A stretch of DNA of 64,000 nt, taken from IMG/VR virus record IMGVR_UViG_2565956946_000004, one strand, 5' to 3'. The position numbers and the translations under genes were made by a program. Below are positions 49,982 through 59,521 of the stretch, piece after piece (within the stretch, counting starts at the first letter, position 1; every line of letters starts with the position of its first letter). Source of the stretch: an uncultured virus (IMG/VR IMGVR_UViG_2565956946_000004) (lineage: Duplodnaviria; Heunggongvirae; Uroviricota; Caudoviricetes). The notes under the pieces were generated by a model. That model was not told the DNA's origin. It saw only the letters and a program-made list of their open reading frames with translations, and ran no database searches.

Positions 49982-50869
49982 ATGACTCAATTCGTTTTAG
50001 ACCCAGCTAAATTAATGGAAACCGCAGCAAATAAGCAAAACGCTATTCGCTCGCGTGAGAAAACTCTCAAACCTAAAGATGGGTCGAATCGTTATGTATT
50101 ACTTCCGGGGTGGGGTTGGAAGCAAGGTAAGCAAGACGTGTGGTTCCACGATTTCGGTATGCACTTTATTAAAGATGCAAACGGTGATCTACAGTCTACT
50201 TATGTTTGTTTAGATAAGACATTTGGCAAGGATTGCCCGATCTGTGGCGCTTTAAAACAAGCTGCTAACATAGCTACAACAGAAGCTCAAGTCGAAGCAT
50301 TAAAAGAGTGTGGTTCACGCCAAACTTATTTAATGAACGTTTTGGCTTTAGATTCTGACCGTCCAAACGATCCGCAAATCTTAGAAGTGCCTAAAACAGT
50401 ATTTAGCGCAATCTTTGATGTATTGGCTAAATGGGGTGCGCGTTTATTTGATCCTAACGGTTCACAAGTCATTGTGATTAACCGAAACGGCTCAGGTATG
50501 AACACCAAATACACTGTTTTACCAGATGCCGAAACCAAACCAGTTCCTCCACAAGTTTACGAAAAACTTAACAATCTTGATGAATATGTTTCTCAAGAAA
50601 ATGACGAACGTTTACAACGCTCGTTAGGACACGTTCAACAAGTTGTAGGTTTGTTACCGCCCGCTCAAAGCAACGATACGCCTCGTACTGCACCTGCTGC
50701 AATTGGCTTAGCTGCTGGCGGCGCTGCGCAACCTGCATATCAACAGACCGCAGAGGAAATTTCGTATACCGAAGTTACTCAGCCTGCACAACCTCAAACG
50801 GTTGAGCATGCCCCGATCAACCTTAACACTGATTTAGAAGCGTTATTAGACCTCGATATTCCAGTTTAA
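49982..50869 (+). CDS. T4 gp32-like single-stranded DNA-binding protein
   Basis: H..C..CPIC zinc motif, NGSGMNTKY, acidic tail DLEALLDLDIPV. Confidence 0.75.
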   Translation: MTQFVLDPAKLMETAANKQNAIRSREKTLKPKDGSNRYVLLPGWGWKQGKQDVWFHDFGMHFIKDANGDLQSTYVCLDKTFGKDCPICGALKQAANIATTEAQVEALKECGSRQTYLMNVLALDSDRPNDPQILEVPKTVFSAIFDVLAKWGARLFDPNGSQVIVINRNGSGMNTKYTVLPDAETKPVPPQVYEKLNNLDEYVSQENDERLQRSLGHVQQVVGLLPPAQSNDTPRTAPAAIGLAAGGAAQPAYQQTAEEISYTEVTQPAQPQTVEHAPINLNTDLEALLDLDIPV

Positions 50870-50881
50870 CGGTTAATCAAC

Positions 50882-50907
50882 AAGAAGCCGCCGCAAGGTG
50901 GCTTCTT
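50882..50907 (+). terminator. Intrinsic terminator
   Basis: AAGAAGCCGCC-GCAA-GGTGGCTTCTT. Confidence 0.7.
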
Positions 50908-50925
50908 CGTCAGAGGGTATCAAAT

Positions 50926-51990
50926 ATGCCACATTTAACGATTTTAATTGATGCGAACTCTATTGGTTACGCAGCTCATCACGCTACAAAACTGCATTCG
51001 GGTGTTATGCAAACTCAGGCAGTGTACGGTTTTCTTCGTACAGTGCGCGAATTACGCATCCGCAACCCGTTAGCAACAATCTATGTGCTATGGGATGGAA
51101 AAGCTCAATTTCGCTTTGATATGTGCCCTGAATACAAAATTAAGCGCGTTGCTGATACACCTGAAAAGGTCGCTGATAAAGAAGCTTACAAAGCGCAGTT
51201 ACCGTTTATCAAAGCGGCTCTATCTGCTTTAGGCATTACGCAGATTCTTTCATACATTCATGAAGCTGATGACTTAGCTGGAATCTTAGTAAAGCAAATC
51301 ATGAAAAATCCAGATCAAGAAATCTTACTTGCGTCAGGCGACGTAGATTGGGTGCAACTCATACGTCGTGGTGTGCGTTGGCAAGATTTGCGTGACAAAC
51401 GAAATGAGAAGGTTATTACCTTTGAAAATTTTGTTGAAAAGACTGGCTATAAAACTCCACTAGCGTTTTTGGAGGGCAAAGCTCTTCAAGGCGATTCTTC
51501 TGACTGCATACCGGGAGTTGGCGGTATTGGTGAAGCAACAGCGCCGTTATTTCTAGCTGAACATGGTTCGGTTGGTAAATTCATTCAACGTTGCGAAAGT
51601 GGCGAAATTAAACCAGCCAATAAAGCTCAACGCTCATTGTGGAAAGGCACTTCTCCCTACACGAAAGAGCAATGGAAAAACTTATTCCATTATCAACGTG
51701 ACGACTCTCTAAGTGACGAAGAGAACGAGAAGGAACACAAGAAACAGCTGAAAAAACACATGGACGCATATATCGGTCAAGGTCGTTCGATCTTCATTCG
51801 AAATATGAAAATCATGCAGCTGATCAACCCACATCCTTTAGAGAAGCAACACCTTGAAATAGACAAAGGCAACTTTGACTTAGACAAGTTCATTGACATA
51901 TGCGCGGAGCTGAACTTCGCATCCATTTTGAACGTAATTGATAACTTTGTTCAACCGTTCAAACAAGCATTACCGACACAAACTAATTGA
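50926..51990 (+). CDS. 5'-3' exonuclease / flap endonuclease (Pol I N-terminal, T4 RNase H-like)
   Basis: LIDANS, WDG, YK..R, EADDL, SGDVDW.QL, GDSSDCIPGVGGIGE. Confidence 0.9.
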   Translation: MPHLTILIDANSIGYAAHHATKLHSGVMQTQAVYGFLRTVRELRIRNPLATIYVLWDGKAQFRFDMCPEYKIKRVADTPEKVADKEAYKAQLPFIKAALSALGITQILSYIHEADDLAGILVKQIMKNPDQEILLASGDVDWVQLIRRGVRWQDLRDKRNEKVITFENFVEKTGYKTPLAFLEGKALQGDSSDCIPGVGGIGEATAPLFLAEHGSVGKFIQRCESGEIKPANKAQRSLWKGTSPYTKEQWKNLFHYQRDDSLSDEENEKEHKKQLKKHMDAYIGQGRSIFIRNMKIMQLINPHPLEKQHLEIDKGNFDLDKFIDICAELNFASILNVIDNFVQPFKQALPTQTN

Positions 51991-52000
51991 GATTAAAGAC

Positions 52001-53497
52001 ATGACAGCACAAGCACAAATCGACGCACTAAATGACGCATTATTCAAAGCAATCGGTGATAACCATGCAGAACAAGCGGTCACTCGTTGGATTGATACGG
52101 GCAACCCTGAATTAAACCGCATTATTTCAGGAAGCTACGAAGGCGGTTTGCCATTTGGTCGAATGGTTGAAGTATTTGGCGAATCATCTACTGGTAAAAC
52201 TGCTGACGCTACTGAATGGATGGTTCGCGCTCAGAAAATGGGTGGCTGTGCAATCTTCATTGACTGGGAACGCTCTTTCGATGTTCGTTTGGCTGAAGGG
52301 TTCGGTCTTAACACACAGCGTCCATATTGGATTTACGCGAAGCCTGCAACATGGGAGGAAGGAAACACACTTGCCGCTAAAGCGTGCCAGTTAATTCGTG
52401 CATCTAAAGCTATTCCTGATGATGCGCCAATTTTAGTTGTATTTGACTCTATTGCTGCTGCATTACCTAAATCGCAAGCTGGCAAAGAAATTGATGAATA
52501 CACCATGAATGACACTACGGCGCTGGCTCGTGTAACGTCTTCTACGTTAAAAACCATGAGTCACCGAGCTGAAGAGTTTAGCGCGACATTCGTATATCTC
52601 AACCAAATGCGCTTAAAGCCGGGTGTTATGTTTGGTGATCCTCGCTGTTTACGTGGTGACGTTCAAATTCCCTTTGTTGATGGCACAACTGCAACAATCA
52701 AGGAAATCGTTAAGAACAAGATCAACAAGGAAGTGTGGTCATACAACGAAACAACAGGTGAAATTGAGCCTAAATTTATCGTTGATTGGCATGACAATGG
52801 CTCTATCGCTGATACCGACAAGCGTTGGATTCACATTCGAGCAACTACACCTGAAACGAAGAATGGCGTATCTGCGGTTACAGCAACAAACGATCACAAA
52901 ATTCTTACTCGCGAGTGTGGCTGGATTAACGCAGAGGATGTGAAGGTTGGCTATCACCTTGTTACTCATAAGCACAAAACCGCCTATGCTGTCGTCACAG
53001 AGGTTCGCGAAGGCGGTAAGAAGTTAGACACCCGCATGTATGACATTACCATTGAGGGCAATCACAACTTCCTTGCGGGCAACAAAGACAATGGCTTCAT
53101 TGTTCACAACTGCACACCAGGCGGAAAAGCAATGGAGTTTTACGCTTCTGCACGCTTGGCTTTAGGTCGTCAAAAAATCATGGACAAAGACGAAGTTGGT
53201 GAAAAGGAATTTGTGGGCCAAAACATTACCGTTCAATGCGTCAAAACAAAATTCACTCGACCGTTCCAAGAGTGCAATTTACGCATGATGTACAACGAAT
53301 TTGATGTGGCTTACTTCGATCATATCGCCGCTATGCTTGATCATTTAATTAAGCGCGGTTGGATTGAATACAACAAGCCTCGTGTTACATGGACAGATGG
53401 CAAGAAGTACTTTGTCAAAGAGCTTGTAGCCAAGTTAAACGCAGAACCTAATGGCATGGAGCAGTTAAAAGCTTTCTTACCCAAGTCCGATAAATAA
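52001..53497 (+). CDS. recA: RecA-like recombinase containing a mini-intein
   Basis: GGLPFGRMVEVFGESSTGKT, VFDSIAA, LNQMR.KPGVMFGDP, TPGGKAMEFYAS. Confidence 0.92.
   Translation: MTAQAQIDALNDALFKAIGDNHAEQAVTRWIDTGNPELNRIISGSYEGGLPFGRMVEVFGESSTGKTADATEWMVRAQKMGGCAIFIDWERSFDVRLAEGFGLNTQRPYWIYAKPATWEEGNTLAAKACQLIRASKAIPDDAPILVVFDSIAAALPKSQAGKEIDEYTMNDTTALARVTSSTLKTMSHRAEEFSATFVYLNQMRLKPGVMFGDPRCLRGDVQIPFVDGTTATIKEIVKNKINKEVWSYNETTGEIEPKFIVDWHDNGSIADTDKRWIHIRATTPETKNGVSAVTATNDHKILTRECGWINAEDVKVGYHLVTHKHKTAYAVVTEVREGGKKLDTRMYDITIEGNHNFLAGNKDNGFIVHNCTPGGKAMEFYASARLALGRQKIMDKDEVGEKEFVGQNITVQCVKTKFTRPFQECNLRMMYNEFDVAYFDHIAAMLDHLIKRGWIEYNKPRVTWTDGKKYFVKELVAKLNAEPNGMEQLKAFLPKSDK
52646..53110 (+). mobile_element. 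Mini-intein (155 aa, no homing endonuclease) in recA
   Basis: Starts CLRGDV, block B TNDHKIL, block F MYDITIEGNHNF, ends VHN followed by Cys+1. Confidence 0.92.
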
Positions 53498-53569
53498 TTC
53501 TCAGGAGTAATAGTTAGACCGCCCTAAACTAAAAGTGTGAATAACATTTTTATTAGGGCGGTTTTGCTT

Positions 53570-53923
53570 ATGAAACATTATGTTTTGGATTTTGTACCAC
53601 CACTACAAGGCATGGATGATCACTTCAATACAATTCGTTTGGGGGTTACATGGTCAAAGAAACTTGCCGCTGGTGATCGAGTGTATCTCCAAAATTCAAA
53701 AACTAAAATGATCGAAGGTTTAGCGATTGTTGATCGTGTAATTGTCGGGAAGCTTGGCGAGCTATGCGCTTATTACGGTGCTGATAATCACACCGAAATT
53801 GACAGCGAAGACAAATGCAGAAGCGCAGAGCGCTTATATAAATTAACCTTAAAGCTTTACGGGCCACACATCGCAAGCGCAATGAAGAAATCAACAGTTA
53901 TTTATTTAAGGCGAATAGAGTGA
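53570..53923 (+). CDS. ASCH/PUA-like domain protein
   Basis: NTIRLG...GDRVYL...A.V..V pattern. Confidence 0.5.
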   Translation: MKHYVLDFVPPLQGMDDHFNTIRLGVTWSKKLAAGDRVYLQNSKTKMIEGLAIVDRVIVGKLGELCAYYGADNHTEIDSEDKCRSAERLYKLTLKLYGPHIASAMKKSTVIYLRRIE

Positions 53924-54318
53924 CTATAAAATTTGATGAGAAGTTTCCTGAAGGGAAATACAAAGGGCGAACACCGGCTGAACTTATTCTCATGCTTCAG
54001 AATGACTCCGATTTTGAAGGTGTTGATTACTTATTGTGGTTGAGAAAATTTCGAGCGGGTAAGTTTGGTGGTTTGGCAAGTACATTTGACGAAACCGTCA
54101 ACGCAATTATCGACTTAATTGTTTTTGAAGTGCCGGAGTTAAAGAAAAGATATCCAGTTACCGTCTACACAAAGCTAGAAGCCAAAGAAATTTTCGACAA
54201 ATATCATAAAGAAGCTCAAGAAGCCGCAAAACAGGAAGCGATTAGAAAAGAAATGAAAGCTCGCGCAGATCGCGAGCGAGCGGAACGCTACAAAGGCAAA
54301 TGGGGGAGCTGGGCATAA
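53920..54318 (+). CDS. Hypothetical protein (FPEGKYKG motif), C-terminal WGSWA
   Basis: GKYKG...YLLWL resembles DUF3820-like motif; ends YKGKWGSWA*. Confidence 0.7.
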   Translation: MTIKFDEKFPEGKYKGRTPAELILMLQNDSDFEGVDYLLWLRKFRAGKFGGLASTFDETVNAIIDLIVFEVPELKKRYPVTVYTKLEAKEIFDKYHKEAQEAAKQEAIRKEMKARADRERAERYKGKWGSWA

Positions 54319-54755
54319 TGTTAGAAGAACAGTTAGAGCCAGATCTAAACGTTGTTGAGCATCTTTTTCAACAAGGCAATTATGTTTACCGTTTAATGTT
54401 TTTAAGCAATGCAAATGAAACCAAAATGGCTTTTTTGAAGGGTCTCTATAATTGGCGAGAACCACATGCGCCTCCAATGGAAACAATCCTTTTAACATCT
54501 GAAAACACAGATAAAGAAGAGCTGTTCGCCAATGGAAAGACTTTCATTGAGGAAGTCAAAAGAGATGTAGCTGGAAAGGCCGAATATATTTGGTGGGCAT
54601 CGCCTCTTTATTTTAACGATGACAGTCAAATGTGTATGTTAGAGACGAAACTAACTAGAACAGTTGGTTTTTATTATAAAAATGCGGTTTTGAAGTTCTT
54701 TCGAGATCCACCCGTTCCGAAACGCAACAATCCAAATTGGGGAGCTTGGTCATGA
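54318..54755 (+). CDS. Hypothetical protein, C-terminal WGAWS
   Basis: TAATG overlap; ends PKRNNPNWGAWS*. Confidence 0.7.
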   Translation: MLEEQLEPDLNVVEHLFQQGNYVYRLMFLSNANETKMAFLKGLYNWREPHAPPMETILLTSENTDKEELFANGKTFIEEVKRDVAGKAEYIWWASPLYFNDDSQMCMLETKLTRTVGFYYKNAVLKFFRDPPVPKRNNPNWGAWS

Positions 54756-55270
54756 AATACATCCCGAATCTAAATGCTGAGCTAAGCGTCTTAGAATACC
54801 GATTTAGAAACGAGTATGAAAACAGCCGTCTAATGATTATCTCCACGTTAGACAGAACTAAGATGGCTTATGTCAAAGGTCACACGCGTCGAGACGTACC
54901 AGAATTAGGCTCTCAGCGACCCGAAGTGAAATTATCCAATGATGAAGAGCATTTCAATGTTGGGGAGCTGTACAGCTATGCCCTTGATGAAATTCACACC
55001 TACATGCGCGAACACAATGATGCCACTCATCATAAATGTGAACGCGAGGAGTACACTGTATTTTTTAATAACTCGTTTAGAGCGGGAGAGCTGATTGGAA
55101 AGATAGAAGGGGCTGTTGGTGGCTCAAAAGCCAGAGAAGTGCTGTGCTTTCTTGGGGCGTATTTTGCGCTCACCAAAGAAAGTGTAGATCAACCCGAAGT
55201 TCCAAATCCAAAAAGAACAAATCCTAATTATTCAAAAAGAACAAATCCTAATTGGGGGTTATTTTCATGA
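54752..55270 (+). CDS. Hypothetical protein, C-terminal WGLFS
   Basis: ATGA overlap; ends PKRTNPNYSKRTNPNWGLFS*. Confidence 0.7.
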   Translation: MKYIPNLNAELSVLEYRFRNEYENSRLMIISTLDRTKMAYVKGHTRRDVPELGSQRPEVKLSNDEEHFNVGELYSYALDEIHTYMREHNDATHHKCEREEYTVFFNNSFRAGELIGKIEGAVGGSKAREVLCFLGAYFALTKESVDQPEVPNPKRTNPNYSKRTNPNWGLFS

Positions 55271-55632
55271 GAAAACCACACTCAATCAACGGCAAACAAG
55301 TCGGCATGGTTTACACGCAAGGCGGCAAATCTATCTACTTGGCCATGAGATCAGGAGCTAAGAATCGCAATATTGATTTAAAGACCAACTCATGGCTTTT
55401 TGAACCTATTATCATCAGTCATTGTATTAACAACTCAATTGATGCAATTGGGGTAGTTCACCGCGTAAACAAGAAATGCACTTACTACCTCACCCCTTTA
55501 AGCCACTTTCTCGAGAACTGCGAACCACACAGCACATCAAAAGGCTTGTACAAACGTTTAAACATGAACAAATTCATGATCAATTCAGAGCGTTTTCACG
55601 GCAATCTTGAAAAATCACTCAAAATTAAGTAG
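55267..55632 (+). CDS. Hypothetical protein (121 aa)
   Basis: ATGA overlap with the upstream gene. Confidence 0.65.
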   Translation: MRKPHSINGKQVGMVYTQGGKSIYLAMRSGAKNRNIDLKTNSWLFEPIIISHCINNSIDAIGVVHRVNKKCTYYLTPLSHFLENCEPHSTSKGLYKRLNMNKFMINSERFHGNLEKSLKIK

Positions 55633-55640
55633 CCTATTAT

Positions 55641-55658
55641 TCAGTCACCAATGACTTA
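55641..55658. promoter_or_regulatory. Operator TCAGTCA-CCAA-TGACTTA
   Basis: Perfect core upstream of the HicA-like gene. Confidence 0.8.
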
Positions 55659-55702
55659 CTTTTAAAATGTTCATATCTGAAACAAACAAAGAGTTTAAAG
55701 AT

Positions 55703-55915
55703 ATGAACATTTCTAACAATCGCACGATTGACCGAGCAGCTAAAGCCTTAATTAAGGAAGGTTGGACATATCGCCAAAGTAAAGGCGGTCACGTTGTCTT
55801 GAAAGACCCAAAAACGGGCTTTTCTCTCCCCGCTCCTGTTTCTCCTTCTTGCCATAGAGCCGAGAAAAATTGGCTTTCAGCTGTGAAGAAAATACGACAA
55901 GGAGTTCGACCATAA
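55703..55915 (+). CDS. HicA-like small protein
   Basis: LIKEGW..RQSKGGHVVLKDP motif typical of the HicA dsRBD-like fold. Confidence 0.6.
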   Translation: MNISNNRTIDRAAKALIKEGWTYRQSKGGHVVLKDPKTGFSLPAPVSPSCHRAEKNWLSAVKKIRQGVRP

Positions 55916-56313
55916 TGATTTTGACATCCGCGCTGACATGCCTAGCTTTGAACATTTACCACGAAGCACGAGGTGAACCAAAGCTAGGCAAAGAGTTAGT
56001 TGCAATTACCACCCTTAACCGCGCTGAAGGCGACAATAGTAAAATTTGTCAGGAAGTCCTTAGAAAACATCAATTCTCATGGACTGCAAGTAAGGTAAGC
56101 GGTAGAACGCTCAACAGCAGCGGAAAGCCAAAAGAAAAAGAAGCTTGGGAAGATTCAAAACGAATTGCAGAACAAGCCTTAAATGGTCGATTTTCAGTTC
56201 CAGTACGGTACAGCGGTGTTACTCATTTTTTCTCACATCGTAAGCGAGGCTGGGAAAAACAACTCAAATATGTTGGTCAAATAGGCAACCATCATTTTTA
56301 TATGGCAAAATAA
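55915..56313 (+). CDS. Cell wall hydrolase (SleB/Hydrolase_2 family)
   Basis: CLALNIYHEARGEP, QFSW, IGNHHFY motifs. Confidence 0.88.
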   Translation: MILTSALTCLALNIYHEARGEPKLGKELVAITTLNRAEGDNSKICQEVLRKHQFSWTASKVSGRTLNSSGKPKEKEAWEDSKRIAEQALNGRFSVPVRYSGVTHFFSHRKRGWEKQLKYVGQIGNHHFYMAK

Positions 56314-56345
56314 TCAGTCAGTACTGACTTATTTATGTCTATAAT
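56314..56345 (+). promoter_or_regulatory. Operator TCAGTCA-GTAC-TGACTTA with downstream TATAAT
   Basis: Perfect core at 56314-56331; TATAAT 56340-56345. Confidence 0.85.
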
Positions 56346-56374
56346 TATCACACAATTTTGTGGAAACTATATCT

Positions 56375-57469
56375 ATGAAACCTTATGGCATTCAGTCAGA
56401 TTCGCATCACCATAATTGGAGTGCGTTTTCACACACTACTGCTAACGGTATCAATAACCGTTTAGAAGGGTGTTTAAACGAAGTTCGCCGTCTTGCAGCA
56501 GAAGTTAAAAGCGCAGGCGGCAACACTATTTATCACACAGGTGATTTATTTCATGTGCGCGGGCAGATTGCGCCCTCAGTACTAAACCCTACGCTTGATG
56601 TTTACCGCCAATTGATTGAAGAAGGTTTTATCATTCGTATATTAGCTGGCAACCATGATCTTGAAGATCGTCATGTCACACGCACCGGCTCTGCAGTAAC
56701 AGCATTAGAAGGTATCGGTTGTCAAATCGTTAATAAGCCTACTTTCTTCAATGATGATCGTGTTGTGATGATACCGTGGATTGAAAGCGTAAAAGGGCTT
56801 AAAGACGAGATAGAAAAGGCTAAAAAGCACATCGAATCAATGCCATCCCCTCCGCCTTTGCGCTCTATGGAAAGCATAAGTGATTGGACGTTAATGATTC
56901 ATGCGCCTGTAGACGGCGTTATTGCGGGATTACCTGAGCATGGACTTACCGCAAGTGATCTTGAGCAATATGGATTTAAGCTCGTATTTAGCGGTCACTA
57001 CCATCATCACAAACAACTTAGCGAAACTGTTTATTCGGTAGGTGCATTGGCTCACTACACATGGTCTGACGTTGGCCATAAAGCAGGATTCTTAGTTGTA
57101 AATAACACCGATGTGCGTTGGTACAAATCCCATTTACCTGCCTTTGTTGAAATTGATGGCTCAATGGATGAATTAGACATTCAAGCTGTTGTGCCTGGTA
57201 ACTATGTCCGCGCAAAAATCAAGATCGTTAAACAAATCGAAATTGAGCAGTTCCGCAAATACCTTACAGATATTGGCGCTCAAGGTGTGACGATCATTGC
57301 GTCCAAACCAGTTGCAGACGTTCAACGTGCAAACGCAGCGGTAAAAGCTGGCGCGTCAATTGAGTCGTCCGTAACTCAATTTATTACTAACTCGCCGTTA
57401 AACAGCCCTCAACTTGATGCGCTGTGCCAATCAATTTTGACAGAAGCGCGCATGGAGGTTGCTGAGTAA
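56375..57469 (+). CDS. SbcD/Mre11-like metallophosphoesterase nuclease
   Basis: SDSH, GDLFH, GNHD, SGHYH motifs. Confidence 0.88.
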   Translation: MKPYGIQSDSHHHNWSAFSHTTANGINNRLEGCLNEVRRLAAEVKSAGGNTIYHTGDLFHVRGQIAPSVLNPTLDVYRQLIEEGFIIRILAGNHDLEDRHVTRTGSAVTALEGIGCQIVNKPTFFNDDRVVMIPWIESVKGLKDEIEKAKKHIESMPSPPPLRSMESISDWTLMIHAPVDGVIAGLPEHGLTASDLEQYGFKLVFSGHYHHHKQLSETVYSVGALAHYTWSDVGHKAGFLVVNNTDVRWYKSHLPAFVEIDGSMDELDIQAVVPGNYVRAKIKIVKQIEIEQFRKYLTDIGAQGVTIIASKPVADVQRANAAVKAGASIESSVTQFITNSPLNSPQLDALCQSILTEARMEVAE

Positions 57470-59421
57470 TGGAATTTTTAACACTCAAGATTAATAACTT
57501 CTTAACGATTGGCGAAGCCCGTCTTGATTTAGCTAATCGTGGATTATTGTTGGTGCAAGGTGAAAACAAAGACAACTCATCCGCAGACTCAAATGGTTCA
57601 GGTAAGTCATCCATTGTTGACGCTTTATGTTGGTGCCTCTACGGAACTACCGCAAGAGACGTTACAGGAGATTTAGTCATTAATAAGACGGCCAAAAAGG
57701 ATTGTGCGGTCGAACTCACGATTCATGACAATGGACAGTGTTACAAAATCGCTCGTCACCGCAAACATGCGACACACAAAAACGCGCTGATTGTCTTAAA
57801 AACCGATATTTACGGCAATGAGTTACCTAATGGCAACATCACGAAAGGCACTGATAAAGAAACTCAGGAGCTTGTAGTTGATATTGTTGGTTCTACGCTA
57901 GATGTCTTTATGTCATCCGTATATGCGGGTCAGGAAATGATGCCAAACCTCCCCGCCCTTACGGATAAAAACCTGAAAGTCTTAATTGAAGAGGCGGCTG
58001 GCATTCAGGTTTTAGAGCAAGCGCACACCATTGCAAAACGTAAGTTAGCCGAAGTTAAAGCGAAGCTCTCAAATAAGCTCACAATACGCGATAATTTTGC
58101 GACGGTACTTGCGACCATGCAGAGTCAACTGGCTGAGACACAAGCGAAATTAAAGCAGTTTGACGACACAAAAGAGTCACGCGCTAGAGCTGTGTTGAGC
58201 GAAGCGTTACCGCTGAAGAAGGCTATTGAAGACATCAAAGTCCAAATGGGCAATACCGACATTAACGCTCTCAATGCCGAGAAACAAAGTATTGAAACCG
58301 CGATTAGTAAAGCGGAAGATTTAGTTAATGAGGCAAAGAAATTAACTCAGATCCGTGATGACTTGGGTATCAAGTACCGCATCACTAATAATAATTATTC
58401 TTCTCTTAAAACTAATTTAAATAATTTAGCGACCAAAATTCGAGGCATTGACGGTTTAGTTGGTACGCCTTGCACACAGTGCGGTAAAGAATTTTGCGCT
58501 AGTGATTTACAGCAAGCGCGGTCGGTTCAAATGAATCAAGCCCAAGTTGCAAAACAAGATGCGCTGAAAGCCAAAGCCGAAATGGAACAGGTGAAAGCTG
58601 AATTTGAAGCGGCTGAGAAGAACCTCAATGACTTCCTTCAAAACAATTCGCTGGACGTTCGCAAGCTCTATGCTGACAAGGCTGCTGTTGAAGGCGCAAT
58701 TGCTGCATTTACTTCGTCAAGCTCTGAGATTGACCGCAATCTCAAGGACATTGAAAGAATCAAAAAGCGCGCAAAAGATGTAATGAATGAGGCGAATCCA
58801 TTCTCAGCAATGGAAGCTGACCAACAAGCAAAAATTGCGGATTACATCGCAAAGAACTCTGCAATTGATCAGGAAGTGCAGGAATTGCAAGCGTTAGTTG
58901 AATTACATGAACATGCGGTTTTGATTTATGGCCCATCAGGTGTGCGCGCTCATATTCTCGATACAGTTACGCCGTTCTTGAATGAGCGAACCGAAGACTA
59001 TCTCGGCGCACTTACTGACGGCAACACTCATGCGGTTTGGTCGACCTTGACGCTTAACAGCAAAAAAGAGCTTAAAGAAAAATTCACAATCGATGTCCGT
59101 GACAATACGGGCGGAGAGTCATTTAAAGGTTTGAGCGGCGGTGAAAAACGTAAGGTTCGTTTAGCTACCGCTTTAGCACTGCAAGATCTGGTTGCTAGTC
59201 GCGCAACCAAGCCGATTAGTTTGTTCATCGGTGACGAAATTGATGATGCATTGGATAAATCAGGTCTTGAACGTCTTATGGGTGTGCTTGAGCGAAAAGC
59301 ACGAGAACGAGGCACCGTGATCGTTGTGTCGCATTCAGAGCTGCGAGATTGGATTGACGATGTTGTGGTAGTCACTAAGGAAAATGGTTACTCAACTGTG
59401 AGCGGTGCAAATCTCGTTTAA
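57469..59421 (+). CDS. SbcC/Rad50-like ATPase
   Basis: NGSGKS, coiled coil with CTQC zinc hook, LSGGE signature, FIGDEIDDALD, VVSH. Confidence 0.9.
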   Translation: MEFLTLKINNFLTIGEARLDLANRGLLLVQGENKDNSSADSNGSGKSSIVDALCWCLYGTTARDVTGDLVINKTAKKDCAVELTIHDNGQCYKIARHRKHATHKNALIVLKTDIYGNELPNGNITKGTDKETQELVVDIVGSTLDVFMSSVYAGQEMMPNLPALTDKNLKVLIEEAAGIQVLEQAHTIAKRKLAEVKAKLSNKLTIRDNFATVLATMQSQLAETQAKLKQFDDTKESRARAVLSEALPLKKAIEDIKVQMGNTDINALNAEKQSIETAISKAEDLVNEAKKLTQIRDDLGIKYRITNNNYSSLKTNLNNLATKIRGIDGLVGTPCTQCGKEFCASDLQQARSVQMNQAQVAKQDALKAKAEMEQVKAEFEAAEKNLNDFLQNNSLDVRKLYADKAAVEGAIAAFTSSSSEIDRNLKDIERIKKRAKDVMNEANPFSAMEADQQAKIADYIAKNSAIDQEVQELQALVELHEHAVLIYGPSGVRAHILDTVTPFLNERTEDYLGALTDGNTHAVWSTLTLNSKKELKEKFTIDVRDNTGGESFKGLSGGEKRKVRLATALALQDLVASRATKPISLFIGDEIDDALDKSGLERLMGVLERKARERGTVIVVSHSELRDWIDDVVVVTKENGYSTVSGANLV

Positions 59422-59437
59422 TCCCGTCTAAACATAC

Positions 59438-59475
59438 CGCTAATACGCACAGATTGCGCGTATTAGCGCGTTTTT
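59438..59475 (+). terminator. Intrinsic terminator
   Basis: CGCTAATACGC...GCGTATTAGCG stem followed by TTTTT. Confidence 0.7.
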
Positions 59476-59521
59476 CGTTAAGGGCATACAAATTCACACA
59501 TTAATTGCAAGGAGAGCATTT

